A stretch of 64,000 nucleotides of DNA from a virus. The position numbers were made by a program, and so were the translations under genes. Of this stretch, positions 23,501 to 32,873 are shown in pieces. Under the pieces are notes generated by a model. It saw only the letters and a list, made by a program, of their open reading frames with translations. It made no database searches and was not told the DNA's origin. How positions within the stretch are numbered: position 1 is the stretch's first letter; every line of letters begins with the position of its first letter. The stretch covers positions 19,455-83,454 of IMG/VR virus record IMGVR_UViG_3300048672_000219, one strand, 5' to 3'.

Positions 23501-26500
23501 GAAACTCAACAGTGAACAATATAAAACCATGTGCGCAGAATTCCGCAAGACATGCGGATATGCAAACAATCTGATACAGGCCACACAATACGCCTTCGGC
23601 AGTGTCGATAACGTGTTGGCCTACTACCCAAAAGGGCTGGTTATCTTTGCTAACGGAGAGCGCTGGATACACAATCTTAACTGGAATCATGGCCGATTCT
23701 ATCGTGTAGATATTCGCTCGGATGAATTCAAGAAATCAACGGAGAAATAATTATGGACATCACACAAACCAAAGCATACAAGGCAGGCTGGCAAGACTTT
23801 ATGACAGGCCAACAATTGTCCCGCAAGGGGACTAGCAGCTCTACGCTGCAATTCGCCAATCGTTACATGTGGGCAGCGAATGCACATGATTTTAACAATT
23901 GTAGCCGTAAGGCTACTAATTCGCTTTAGCGAATAATTGGCTTGATGGCTGGACGGCAGCGGCTAATGTTGGCAAGCAAGAAGCCGATATTATTAATGTT
24001 AAACTGTGAGGGAATGATATGAGCGTAAAGAAACACTCTAGCGGCCTATGGACTGTGCAACAATCTAACGGGCTTGTAATGTTTAAGAGCTTGTCGCGTA
24101 AGACGTGCAGCGAGTGGCTACGGCGCTATAATGGGGAAGATGAAGAAATTTATTAAATAAACGCTTGACAAGCCACACAGAAACGATTATTCTACATACA
24201 TGGGCTGACGCAACAGTGCAAAGCCAAAACAAAACGGAGCTTTCCAAATGAACATGACCAAAACTCAAGCAAACAAAATCGTTCAAGACCTGTTTAACAA
24301 AATTCCTAACATCTATCACGGCTACCGCTACATTGCCGACAAAATGTATGACATGGAATTGAAAGCAGAAAAAGAGCATCGCAAGAGTCGTGATTCTGTA
24401 AAGGGTTTTAGTGTTGGACAAGCTGCAAAGTATTTCACTGTCAAACATTTGATTGAAGGCAAAACTTCGGCATACAATGTAGAAGCAATTCTAGACATTC
24501 GCCATGAATGCCTGATTGCTCAAGCATACGCCACCCGATATGCTGCCGAATTGGCTGATTGGTTTGCGCTGGTAGAATCCAGTGAGTTTAACAAGATTGA
24601 TTATTCCGATATGATGGAATAATTATTTTCTGGAGCATCTTTACTTTCTGTAGGATGCTCTGTAAAATAATCAACGAAGCACATTAAAGGAAACTTTAAA
24701 ATGAAACGTCCTGTCACTCACTCGCGTTCGCCAGAGCGCATCACTGTTAATCGCTGGTTCCAGAAAACCTATGGCAATACGTATTTTAGCGCCTATGTAG
24801 AATTTGATGATGGCTCTAGCGAATGCCTGATTAAATTTGAATACGGATACGGCGATCATGGCTTATATCAAGCACTGAAGGCATTGGACAAACAAGGGTA
24901 TATTACTTTGCCAAATCGCCATTCTAACGGCATGGAAAGCTATAATGCAACAATTTACTTGCGTGAAGTGATGAAATGCGAGTACACTATCAATGACGTG
25001 CAACGTAAAAAGGATATGTAAATGAAATTCTTTAAGCGGTTGTTTTCCCGCCACAAACACGAATTCTCTAATTGGCAATTCGTCAAAGCGATGTATAATG
25101 ACATTGGGCAAGTGAAATATGTACAGATGAGAGCTTGCAAAACTTGCAAATTTGTCGAGATTCACATACAGGAGAAATAAGTCATGAAACAGTCAATTAT
25201 CGGAATTCCTGCTACAATCACTATAGAGCCGACTGTCTACGGCGAGGAATTCGTTTATTGGAAGCTGGAAGATAGTGAGATGATTGCATGTCATGCTTTA
25301 ATAGGCTATTATGCCAGCAAAGAAGAAGCAACGAAGGCGGCAAGAGAGTATTACAATGTATTCGGTGCATTAAAAGGAATGTAACATGAGATATAATATT
25401 ACACGGGTCAGGCCAGAAGTCTATTCCATTGCTTACTATGACTGGTGCGGCGGGTGGGTTTTGTATATCGGGGATTTGCCAAATATAGACAAACCTATCT
25501 ACAACACGAAAGAGGAAGCAGAACGGGCAGCTTATGAGCATTACAACAATTCTCTGGAGAAATGATTATGTCTTGGAAAGTAATACATTGCGACGATCGC
25601 CCATTCAGAATTAAAATTGCAGATGAGAAAGATAACTCCATTCTCGTTTTAGATATGCCTGCCTATTCCTCAACTAGCAATAGTGTATTTGATGTGATGA
25701 ACGGGAAAGGATTTAAAGGAGAAGAAAAAGAGAAAGCAAAAGAGCTTAATAAGAAACAGATTGAATTGGCTTGTTTGCTAGCTGCTGCACCTGAACTGCT
25801 GGCAACTTTACAGGAAATAGCCGACGGTGTATTTTGTGACTTGCGAAGTGTGGAAGAATACGCAGCCCGATCACTTCAGAAAGTAACTGATTCTATTGCA
25901 AAAGCTAAAGGAGATTGCTAGAATGAGCCAACAAGAACATAAGGCATGGTATGAGCAACATATCGCATGGCTAAAGGCTTTTCGGGAATATAAGGAAAGC
26001 TTATTTAAGGCAAATTCACAGGATGGGCAAAAGGAGAGTAAATAATGGAAATTTCAAAGTATTTTGACAAAAACGGCTCTTGCCCTAGTTTAGGTGATCC
26101 GTACCGAGAGCAAACAGAAACAGCTAAACTGATTTTTGATGAGGACGGAGACGTTAGATATAATGTCTATTTTGACTTAGTAACATTCTGTCAAAACAAC
26201 CCTGTAAAGCCATTTTCCGATGCTGTGCGCATTGTCATGGCGCAAGAGATGGGAGGAAATACAAAAGGAAGTTATCCTGCCATTTACATGTGGCGATGAC
26301 ATAGCGCCTAGAAAGCCTTTAAACGGGTTTCTCGCTAACGCTCGCCCTAACGGGTTTTCTAGGCGTTTGGCTACGGTGCCTCATAATTTCTACGTTATGA
26401 GCTTGTAGGGTGCTTAAAATCGTTCCTAGCCACGTTTAAAGCGAAATAATCGGGTAGACATAGCAGGCCAGCAAAGAAACAACACAAATTTACACAAAAG

Positions 26501-26531
26501 CCTTGCAATTTCCCGAAGAGGCGGGTATATT
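20515..26531 (+). promoter_or_regulatory. series of early-type sigma70 promoters (20515, 21085, 22143, 22671, 24165, 26503)
   Basis: TTGCCA-17-TATTAT; TTGCAA-16-TATACT; TTGACA-17-TATTCT (x2); TTGCAA-17-AATAAT; TTGCAA-17-TATATT; most with A-rich UP-like sequence. Confidence 0.7.
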
Positions 26532-27258
26532 GGACACATTGTCACTGTTTAGAACAAAGGAGAAAATTATGTCAAAATATAAGGTAGAAAAACTCGATAC
26601 CCAAGCAACGGAAAGCGGGTATTGGTGGGTGATTTGGTTCCACAATCATGATGTTGTATTTTGGTCAGAAGATGCGGCAAATGAAGCTTGCGAGGCTTTG
26701 AATGCTTATGCTAACATCAAGAAATTGAAGCGTAAAGCAAAAGACTTGGCAGCATCTCTAGAAGTATTTAACGAAGAGTAATTTCTAAGGAGAAACACAA
26801 AATGAAAGCCACTGTAAAACGTAATGACGAGCAAAGCAACATTTTCAAACAGGCTGAAATTGGTGATTCATAAATCCGGCTATCTAGTTTTAGTGACTAA
26901 GGATGCACAGGAGCATGAATCTATCTTTGAGGGTGTGCAAATTGATGGTGCTTATGACAATGGGACATTTATGCCAGATTGGTACAAAGCAAATTTCTCC
27001 CTGTTTAGTGATAGTGTTTTGCTGGAGCAATAGGGTATGAATCATAGATTTGCCAATCTCCCACAACAAGACGTAATAGCACATCTCAAGAAAACTATTG
27101 CTGGTCTTGAGAGTGGGTTGTTTACAATGTATTATTGTGGAATAGAAATTGATGAGGAAAAGCCCCGTATGCTCGGGCCTGATGCAAGATATGGATATGC
27201 TAAGGCTGACAGTAGGGCAGTTAAATGGGAATTGTGTATTGTTGAGAGGATGGAATAA
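20601..27258 (+). CDS. cluster of about 25 small early (host-takeover-type) hypothetical proteins
   Basis: ORFs of 50-125 aa on the plus strand, 1-4 per promoter; no recognisable catalytic motifs. Confidence 0.6.
23066..23088 (+). terminator. intrinsic terminator
   Basis: GCCGCC-TTCG-GGCGGC followed by TTTATTTT. Confidence 0.85.
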
Positions 27259-27866
27259 TGACAACGATTAGGATTCGCTTACGCTTATCCTACGCTCTGG
27301 GGCCGCGTAGGCCCTTCTTTCGTAGCCTTCGGCTTCGTTGCACACAAATAACTATGTAAGGCGCTAAAGGCTTTGCACACAAACAAGAAGATACAGTTAT
27401 ACTATATGGGATCGTGTGGCGCTTGCGTAGCAAGATCTCACACAGGGTTATATGTTTCATTCAGTGCGGGACATTGCCGCGTAAGCCACTCGAAGCACGC
27501 TAGTGCTGAGAGTGAGGCAATAGATTATTGGTTGCACCAACAAGCTGCAAGGTTGTATATTCGACCGATAGGGAGAATAAAATCATTACATTGTATAGGT
27601 CTTGTTTAGTGGCTAGCGTTAGCAAGACACACAAACAGTTTCTATACAATCGCTAGCTGTTTACTTTAGTTGCTTAAAGTCAAAACCTTGCTACGTTTGT
27701 TGGTTAATAAGTAATTAAATAAAGGCTAGTCATAAGGCTGGTGGTTTTCTTAGTTCTACTGCATTCGCACTAACGTGCTCACAAAAGCTGTAAGGCATTT
27801 AGTTGTCTTATAGCTTTTATCTATTAGTTCTATTGTTTTAATAGTTATAATTATTGCCTTAAACTA

Positions 27867-27895
27867 TTGACAATACTACACTATCGTGCTATAAT
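27867..27895 (+). promoter_or_regulatory. sigma70 promoter
   Basis: TTGACA-17-TATAAT with TG extended -10. Confidence 0.85.
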
Positions 27896-27928
27896 TCTGT
27901 TACGTGAAACCACTATAAGAGGTAATTA

Positions 27929-28141
27929 ATGACTAAATTTAACTGGCAAATGTCTACTGTACAATCTCTAGCAGAACACATTTTCAATAGTCCGAAGGAA
28001 TCTATACGGCAACAGGAAAACTACTATAAAGCATCCGGTAATGATGTTATGCTTGATAGGATCACTAAGGCTAAAAAGCTTGTTTTGCTGTGGAACTTGG
28101 AGAAGCAGCTAGAAACACTTAGAAAGGAAATGTATGAGTGA
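27929..28141 (+). CDS. small hypothetical protein (third, divergent paralogue)
   Basis: FNWQMSTVQSLA and KQLETL align with the other two family members. Confidence 0.6.
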   Translation: MTKFNWQMSTVQSLAEHIFNSPKESIRQQENYYKASGNDVMLDRITKAKKLVLLWNLEKQLETLRKEMYE

Positions 28142-28829
28142 AGATGACGTAACGGCTTCAGATACAATTTGTTTTATGCTGCTTGATGGAGAAGTAACTA
28201 AGTGTAAATTAGATTTAGATACAGGTGAATGGGTAAAAGTAAGACCATATCACAAAAAGAAATACAAGATTAAAGCTAAACAAGATGATGGTACAGAGAC
28301 TATCTATAGCTGGAGTGTTGACCCTATAGACATAGAGCAAGCATCAAGAGATGAAGAGATTAGAGACTTAAATATATCTACTGAAACTAGAGGGAGAAAA
28401 CCAAAGGTGTACGATAATTCTTATGTGAAAAGTATGTTATCCCCTTGTCAAACTTATGATAGTGCAAATAAGACATTTCCTTTCTTTGATGAAATTTTAG
28501 TTTCTGTTGCTAACTTGCATGATGGTAACAAGCCTTTAAGTGTTGGTCTATTGTTTAAGCTTTTAGTGTTACTTGATAATGTTAGCACTGATACTGTGCA
28601 ACGTGTATCTAATAAGTCCGAGAGATACAGCCGTACTCTTTCTACTGCTGTACAGATTGCCTCTAGGCAGCTTTCAAAGAAGCTTGAGGGCTTTGTATTT
28701 GAGTACGCCGATGGAGAGTTGCCCACTATTGACAAAGAGCAATTGTTGATAGATAGAAAAGAATATATTGGTTGGTTCAAAGGTCAACAGGCAAAGGGTA
28801 TGTACGAGGGCTTTTCTGTACCTAAGTAA
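28134..28829 (+). CDS. hypothetical protein, possibly DNA-binding
   Basis: RGRKPK AT-hook-like motif; HTH-like STDTVQRVSNKSERYSRTL. Confidence 0.5.
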   Translation: MSEDDVTASDTICFMLLDGEVTKCKLDLDTGEWVKVRPYHKKKYKIKAKQDDGTETIYSWSVDPIDIEQASRDEEIRDLNISTETRGRKPKVYDNSYVKSMLSPCQTYDSANKTFPFFDEILVSVANLHDGNKPLSVGLLFKLLVLLDNVSTDTVQRVSNKSERYSRTLSTAVQIASRQLSKKLEGFVFEYADGELPTIDKEQLLIDRKEYIGWFKGQQAKGMYEGFSVPK

Positions 28830-28841
28830 TATTCTCTACTA

Positions 28842-28910
28842 ATAGAAGCCGAAATAAATTGTTGTTTATGTGCAACGTTTAAATTGTCTTTATATAGAAG
28901 CCGAAATAAA
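28842..28910 (+). repeat. 17-bp direct repeat ATAGAAGCCGAAATAAA x2
   Basis: Exact copies at 28842-28858 and 28894-28910 (52-bp period). Confidence 0.9.
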
Positions 28911-28957
28911 CAACCGTCCTAGAGGCGGTTTGTGCATTGTGAAAGGATTGTGTTGTA

Positions 28958-29658
28958 TGAATGAGCATTATGTGTATATGGTAAAACTCGGTGATGAGGT
29001 TGTGTACGTCGGAAGTGGAAAAGGTGATAGGTACAAGCATGTAACCAGCGGTAGAAGTCACAACGAATCTTTGAACTTATTACATAGGCAAGGTATTGCT
29101 GTTGTGCAAGAGTTTGAATATGAGGGCTTAACTGAGATGACAGCTAGAGTGCTAGAGCAAGAGTTAATCGACAAGTACAAACCTCTGTACAATAAAGGTA
29201 AGGCAGCGAACGAGGAAAAGAAAGCTTTACACAAAGAACTTAGTGACGAACTTAAAAGAATCCGTGAGAGTGCCCAGCCTACGGAGTATGCCAGATACAT
29301 GGCTAAAGCTTTGTTTGCATTGTGGAAAGCTACCGGAAACTATCATATCTTGCAAGCATCTTTCGCAGTATCAAGAGCTAACCCAGATTCTAAGATAGTG
29401 ATTACCCAGAATGAGCTATCAGAGTTTGTCAGCAAGTATCAAAATCAATTCAAAGACAAGATGTTCTTTATGCAATGTAAATCCTCTGTCGGTCAAGAAG
29501 TTTCTTATATAACAAGTGTGGATGAAATCTTAGATGAGATCAATAGAGAAGAATCAGCGCAAATAAACTTTATGCACAGACAAGCAAAGAATTTTAACGA
29601 TTTTGTGCGGTTACAAAATAAAGCTTTGTCTTTGCGCGGGCAGGGTGTACTATTCTAA
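28958..29658 (+). CDS. GIY-YIG domain protein
   Basis: HYVYMVK...VYVGSGK..RY.H...GRSHN...LEQELIDKYKPLYN; likely start at MNEHY within ORF 28870-29658. Confidence 0.75.
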
Positions 29659-30525
29659 GTATGCTTAACTTTTAAAGGAGAAACACAATGCAAATAATGC
29701 TAAATGACGAGCAAGCCGACCAGTTCATGGCTCAAATGCTAATGAATGATTACCAGTCAATCAAGAATGGCGAGTGGTCGGAAGATTGCAAGCGCTTCCT
29801 ACCAGCATACGAACTGTTGTTCGAGTCCTATCTAACTCAAAAGCAGATATGGGAAATTAAACAATGATTATCGGCAAAACAGATCAACAGATACACGAAG
29901 CCCGTCAGAAACGATTAGAGCGCTTATACAAGCAAGATAAGCGGGTGTTCCTATGGTGGCCTAGAAAGCTAATAGACGGGCGTATAGCGTGGCTAGAATG
30001 GGCTGAGAAAGACTACATGGTGATTGAAAATGCCTAGATTAGCTGTGCAGCTAATAAGCCCATAATAGCTAATGCACGCTGTTGCTAAAATGAGACAGAC
30101 AACTAATTTGTATGTTTTGTGCAAATAGGGCTTGCATTCTGCTCTGATCGGTGTAGAATAGAACTTATTCGATAACGCAACGGAGCAAATATTATGAGTG
30201 CATGGAATTTGGGTTACAAGGAAGCAATGAATGATTGTGGATCAATCTACAACAATCCTTTCAAGTACGGTGAAAGTGGCTATGCTGATTGGATAGCAGG
30301 CTATGAAGCACGAATTATTGAAGAAACCGAACGGATGGGTGCATAATTATGAAAACCTTCTCTTTCGATACCTTCGCAGCTAACGGCAAATTCCTGAAAG
30401 TGGTTCGCGTAGAAGCCGCTCTCCGTTCGGAAGCTAAAGCAATTGCAGGGGCAATGGACGGTGTTGCTAAGGCTGTATGCACTAGCGTTGCTTAATGAGT
30501 TACAGGCCACAAGCGGGACATGTGA

Positions 30526-30550
30526 CGCCACCTTCGGGTGGCTTTGTTGT
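30526..30550 (+). terminator. intrinsic terminator ending the early block
   Basis: GCCACC-TTCG-GGTGGC followed by TTTGTTGTTT. Confidence 0.8.
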
Positions 30551-30570
30551 TTGTGCGGTATGTATCTAAA

Positions 30571-30656
30571 TAAGAACTATTCTCATCTACTATCAGTATT
30601 CTATATGAGAATCATTCTCAATACGCTGCTGTAATCCTTAATAAGAACTATTCTCA
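30571..30656. promoter_or_regulatory. three Fur-box-like 7-1-7 sites
   Basis: TAAGAAC-T-ATTCTCA (30571), TGAGAAT-C-ATTCTCA (30606, perfect palindrome), TAAGAAC-T-ATTCTCA (30642), versus Fur consensus TGATAAT-N-ATTATCA. Confidence 0.65.
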
Positions 30657-31370
30657 ATTGGCAGTCTGTTACACATCCACTCGCCTCCCTTCTTACCTTC
30701 CCCGATCTGTCCTCCAAAAGTCATCTCGACAATGCCTCTTCGCCAGTGCCAGAATCCTTATTTAGAATGAACGTTCAGTCTTAGTAGACCAGTCGTCTAC
30801 AACAAGCCAGCAATTATCCGCAGCGAACATACGAGCATAGCGAGTAGACCCTTGCCAATGACAGATTTCCAGCAGCATGGGAACGTGGATAGGAAGCGAA
30901 TACAAGCCGCTGGTGAGGATTTTGCAGAGGTGGCAATGGGGGTGGTAGCGTGGAGGGTGGATAGGGGCTGTAACGGCTCATTTTCAGGAAGCCGAGATAT
31001 CATGCTGGTGAATGGGGAATTGAGTGTAAAAAGGCGCTAAAGTGAAAATCCTTATCAACGATTGGCCTTTAGATGTAGCGGGTTTGCGACAGAAATACCC
31101 TATCAAAAGTGATTTTGAGGGCAATATCAAATATTTTGTTGACAGAGTGATCGGGATGTGGTATGATAGGGGCGTGGTTACACAACACTCGCGTTACTGG
31201 CTCATTAGATATTCTTATCAAACATACAATAAATATTTGCCATAAAGTGACTTCCAGAAAAAATTATTTTTAAAAATTTGAGAAAATATTTTAGAAAACT
31301 CTTGCGCATAAAATAGCAGTGATATATAATGTCTATATTAGTTGGAAATTATTCTGCAAAGGAGGATGAA

Positions 31371-32030
31371 ATGAAGAAACTTATAGGCTACTGTAGGGTC
31401 TCCACGGAACGTCAATCGAACGTCCGAAACGGTCTTTTAGCGCAGCGAGAAGAGATTTTAAGGTTCGCAAAGACGCACGGATACGAGGTCATAAGTATCG
31501 TTGAAGAGTCAATTTCGGGTAAATATGGTCTGGAATACCGCCCTATTTTGTCCGAAGCAATTGAACAAGCAAACAAGATTGGAGCAACAATTGTTGTCTC
31601 AAAACTTGATCGTTTTAGCCGTGATGCTTTGTTCGTAATGCAGCTTATGAAAACGAAATTGAAGTTTGTTGTGGCAGAGTTGGGAGAGGAAATCACGCCG
31701 TTCATGTTGCATATTTATTGTGTCTGTGCAGAACAAGAACGGGTGGTTATTGGCAAACGTACAAAAGCCGGACTTGAGCAAGTAAAAGCCAAGGGTGTGG
31801 TTCTGGGCAATAAAAAGAATCTCGATGTTGCTGGAAAGAAAGGCGCAGTGGCTACAGCGGTGATGGCAGACAAGTTTGCAGACATTATGAAACCAATTGC
31901 AAAGCCTATGTTGGAGTCTGGTATGTCCCTTCGTGCTGTAGCAAAAGCACTAAATGATAAGGAAGTTAAAACTGCACGTGGTGGGGTGTGGACTGCTCAG
32001 ACTGTAGCCAACATCCGGTCTCGGTGGTAA
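31371..32030 (+). CDS. serine recombinase (resolvase/invertase catalytic domain plus C-terminal recombinase DNA-binding domain)
   Basis: GYCRVSTERQ with catalytic Ser; IVVSKLDRFSR; AEQERVVIGKRTKAGL alphaE helix; SLRAVAKALN...TARGGVW; GGAGG RBS; promoter TTGCGC-17-TATAAT at 31302-31330. Confidence 0.93.
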   Translation: MKKLIGYCRVSTERQSNVRNGLLAQREEILRFAKTHGYEVISIVEESISGKYGLEYRPILSEAIEQANKIGATIVVSKLDRFSRDALFVMQLMKTKLKFVVAELGEEITPFMLHIYCVCAEQERVVIGKRTKAGLEQVKAKGVVLGNKKNLDVAGKKGAVATAVMADKFADIMKPIAKPMLESGMSLRAVAKALNDKEVKTARGGVWTAQTVANIRSRW

Positions 32031-32085
32031 TCAAGAAGCTACTCAAATCTATTCGGTTTGGGTGGCTTTAATTTTAACCAGACTA

Positions 32086-32547
32086 TTAACTATTTAACAG
32101 TATGTCATCAATAGTCTTCAATGTATTTGAAACAGACTTAGCATACCATTTCTTACCTCTGGCTGTTTTCACTTCCATCTCATTTAGGTAATCAGCTATT
32201 TCTCTATAGACCAAACCCATTTCACGCATTGGTATAAGATATAGTGATACACTTTTTGCAAAATCTACTTTCTCTTTCTGTATCTGAGCATTTGCCAATT
32301 CTCTAGCTTTTTCTCCATGCAGAGAAATTTTAGGATTCGCCATACCGTGAAGTTTTCCTTGAGACTTAGCTCTTGCAAACCCTTCTTTAGTCAATTGCGC
32401 ATGGTTGTCTCTTCGTTTCCATCCACCATCATGTACTTTGTTATGGCACTCACCACACAGAGGTATCGTCCTAGTCCCTCCCATACTTTTAGGAATTACA
32501 TGGTGGTCTTCTGTAGCAGGTTTATCACATTCAAAACAATAGTTCAT
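32086..32547 (-). CDS. HNH endonuclease fused to a serine-recombinase-type alphaE helix and DNA-binding domain
   Basis: CFEC...HHVIPKSMGG...LCGECHNKVH HNH motif; LTKEGFARAKSQGKLHG; YREIADYLN...KTARGKKW. Confidence 0.8.
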   Translation of the reverse strand: MNYCFECDKPATEDHHVIPKSMGGTRTIPLCGECHNKVHDGGWKRRDNHAQLTKEGFARAKSQGKLHGMANPKISLHGEKARELANAQIQKEKVDFAKSVSLYLIPMREMGLVYREIADYLNEMEVKTARGKKWYAKSVSNTLKTIDDILLNS

Positions 32548-32561
32548 ATTTCCCTTCCCAT

Positions 32562-32588
32562 AAAAGAAAGGGAGCACAAAGGCTCCCT
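32562..32588 (-). terminator. intrinsic terminator between the HTH gene and the HNH-recombinase gene
   Basis: Minus strand GGGAGC-CTTTGT-GCTCCC-TTTCTTTT. Confidence 0.7.
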
Positions 32589-32593
32589 GTTGA

Positions 32594-32821
32594 TTACATT
32601 TTTCTTACTTTAGAAATCAAGTCTTGCAACTGAGCAATTACTTCTTTCTTGAATTCCACTTTAAACTCATCTCGTTTAATACTTCCTTTCTCTACATTCC
32701 GAAGCTCCTTAGAACACCATGCAACACTACAACCTAGTTGTTGGGATATTTCTGCAAAGGACATGCCCTCTTGTCGCATTCGTTTTGCTTCCTCAATATC
32801 AAATTTTCGTACATTAGTCAT
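32594..32821 (-). CDS. helix-turn-helix DNA-binding protein
   Basis: MRQEGMSFAEISQQLGCSVAWCSKEL; own promoter TTGACA-17-TATAAT at 32877-32849. Confidence 0.8.
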   Translation of the reverse strand: MTNVRKFDIEEAKRMRQEGMSFAEISQQLGCSVAWCSKELRNVEKGSIKRDEFKVEFKKEVIAQLQDLISKVRKM

Positions 32822-32873
32822 ATTACTCCTTTCGTGTAATTAACAGATATTATAGCACAAGAGTTCAGTTTTG

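Noticed and set aside
27373-27609. 78-aa ORF, and ORFs 30301-31040, as real genes
   Set aside because: Non-ATG starts, no clear RBS and atypical composition; they overlap dyad-rich DNA that is more likely non-coding.
30568-30660. Repeats as a mini CRISPR array
   Set aside because: Repeats are only 15-17 bp with about 20-bp gaps, and no cas genes are present; they fit protein-binding dyads better.
31371-32030. Serine recombinase as a lysogeny integrase or tail-fibre invertase
   Set aside because: Too short for a large serine integrase (no zinc-ribbon or coiled-coil domain); no repressor module; about 29 kb from the fibre gene with no inverted fibre cassette seen.
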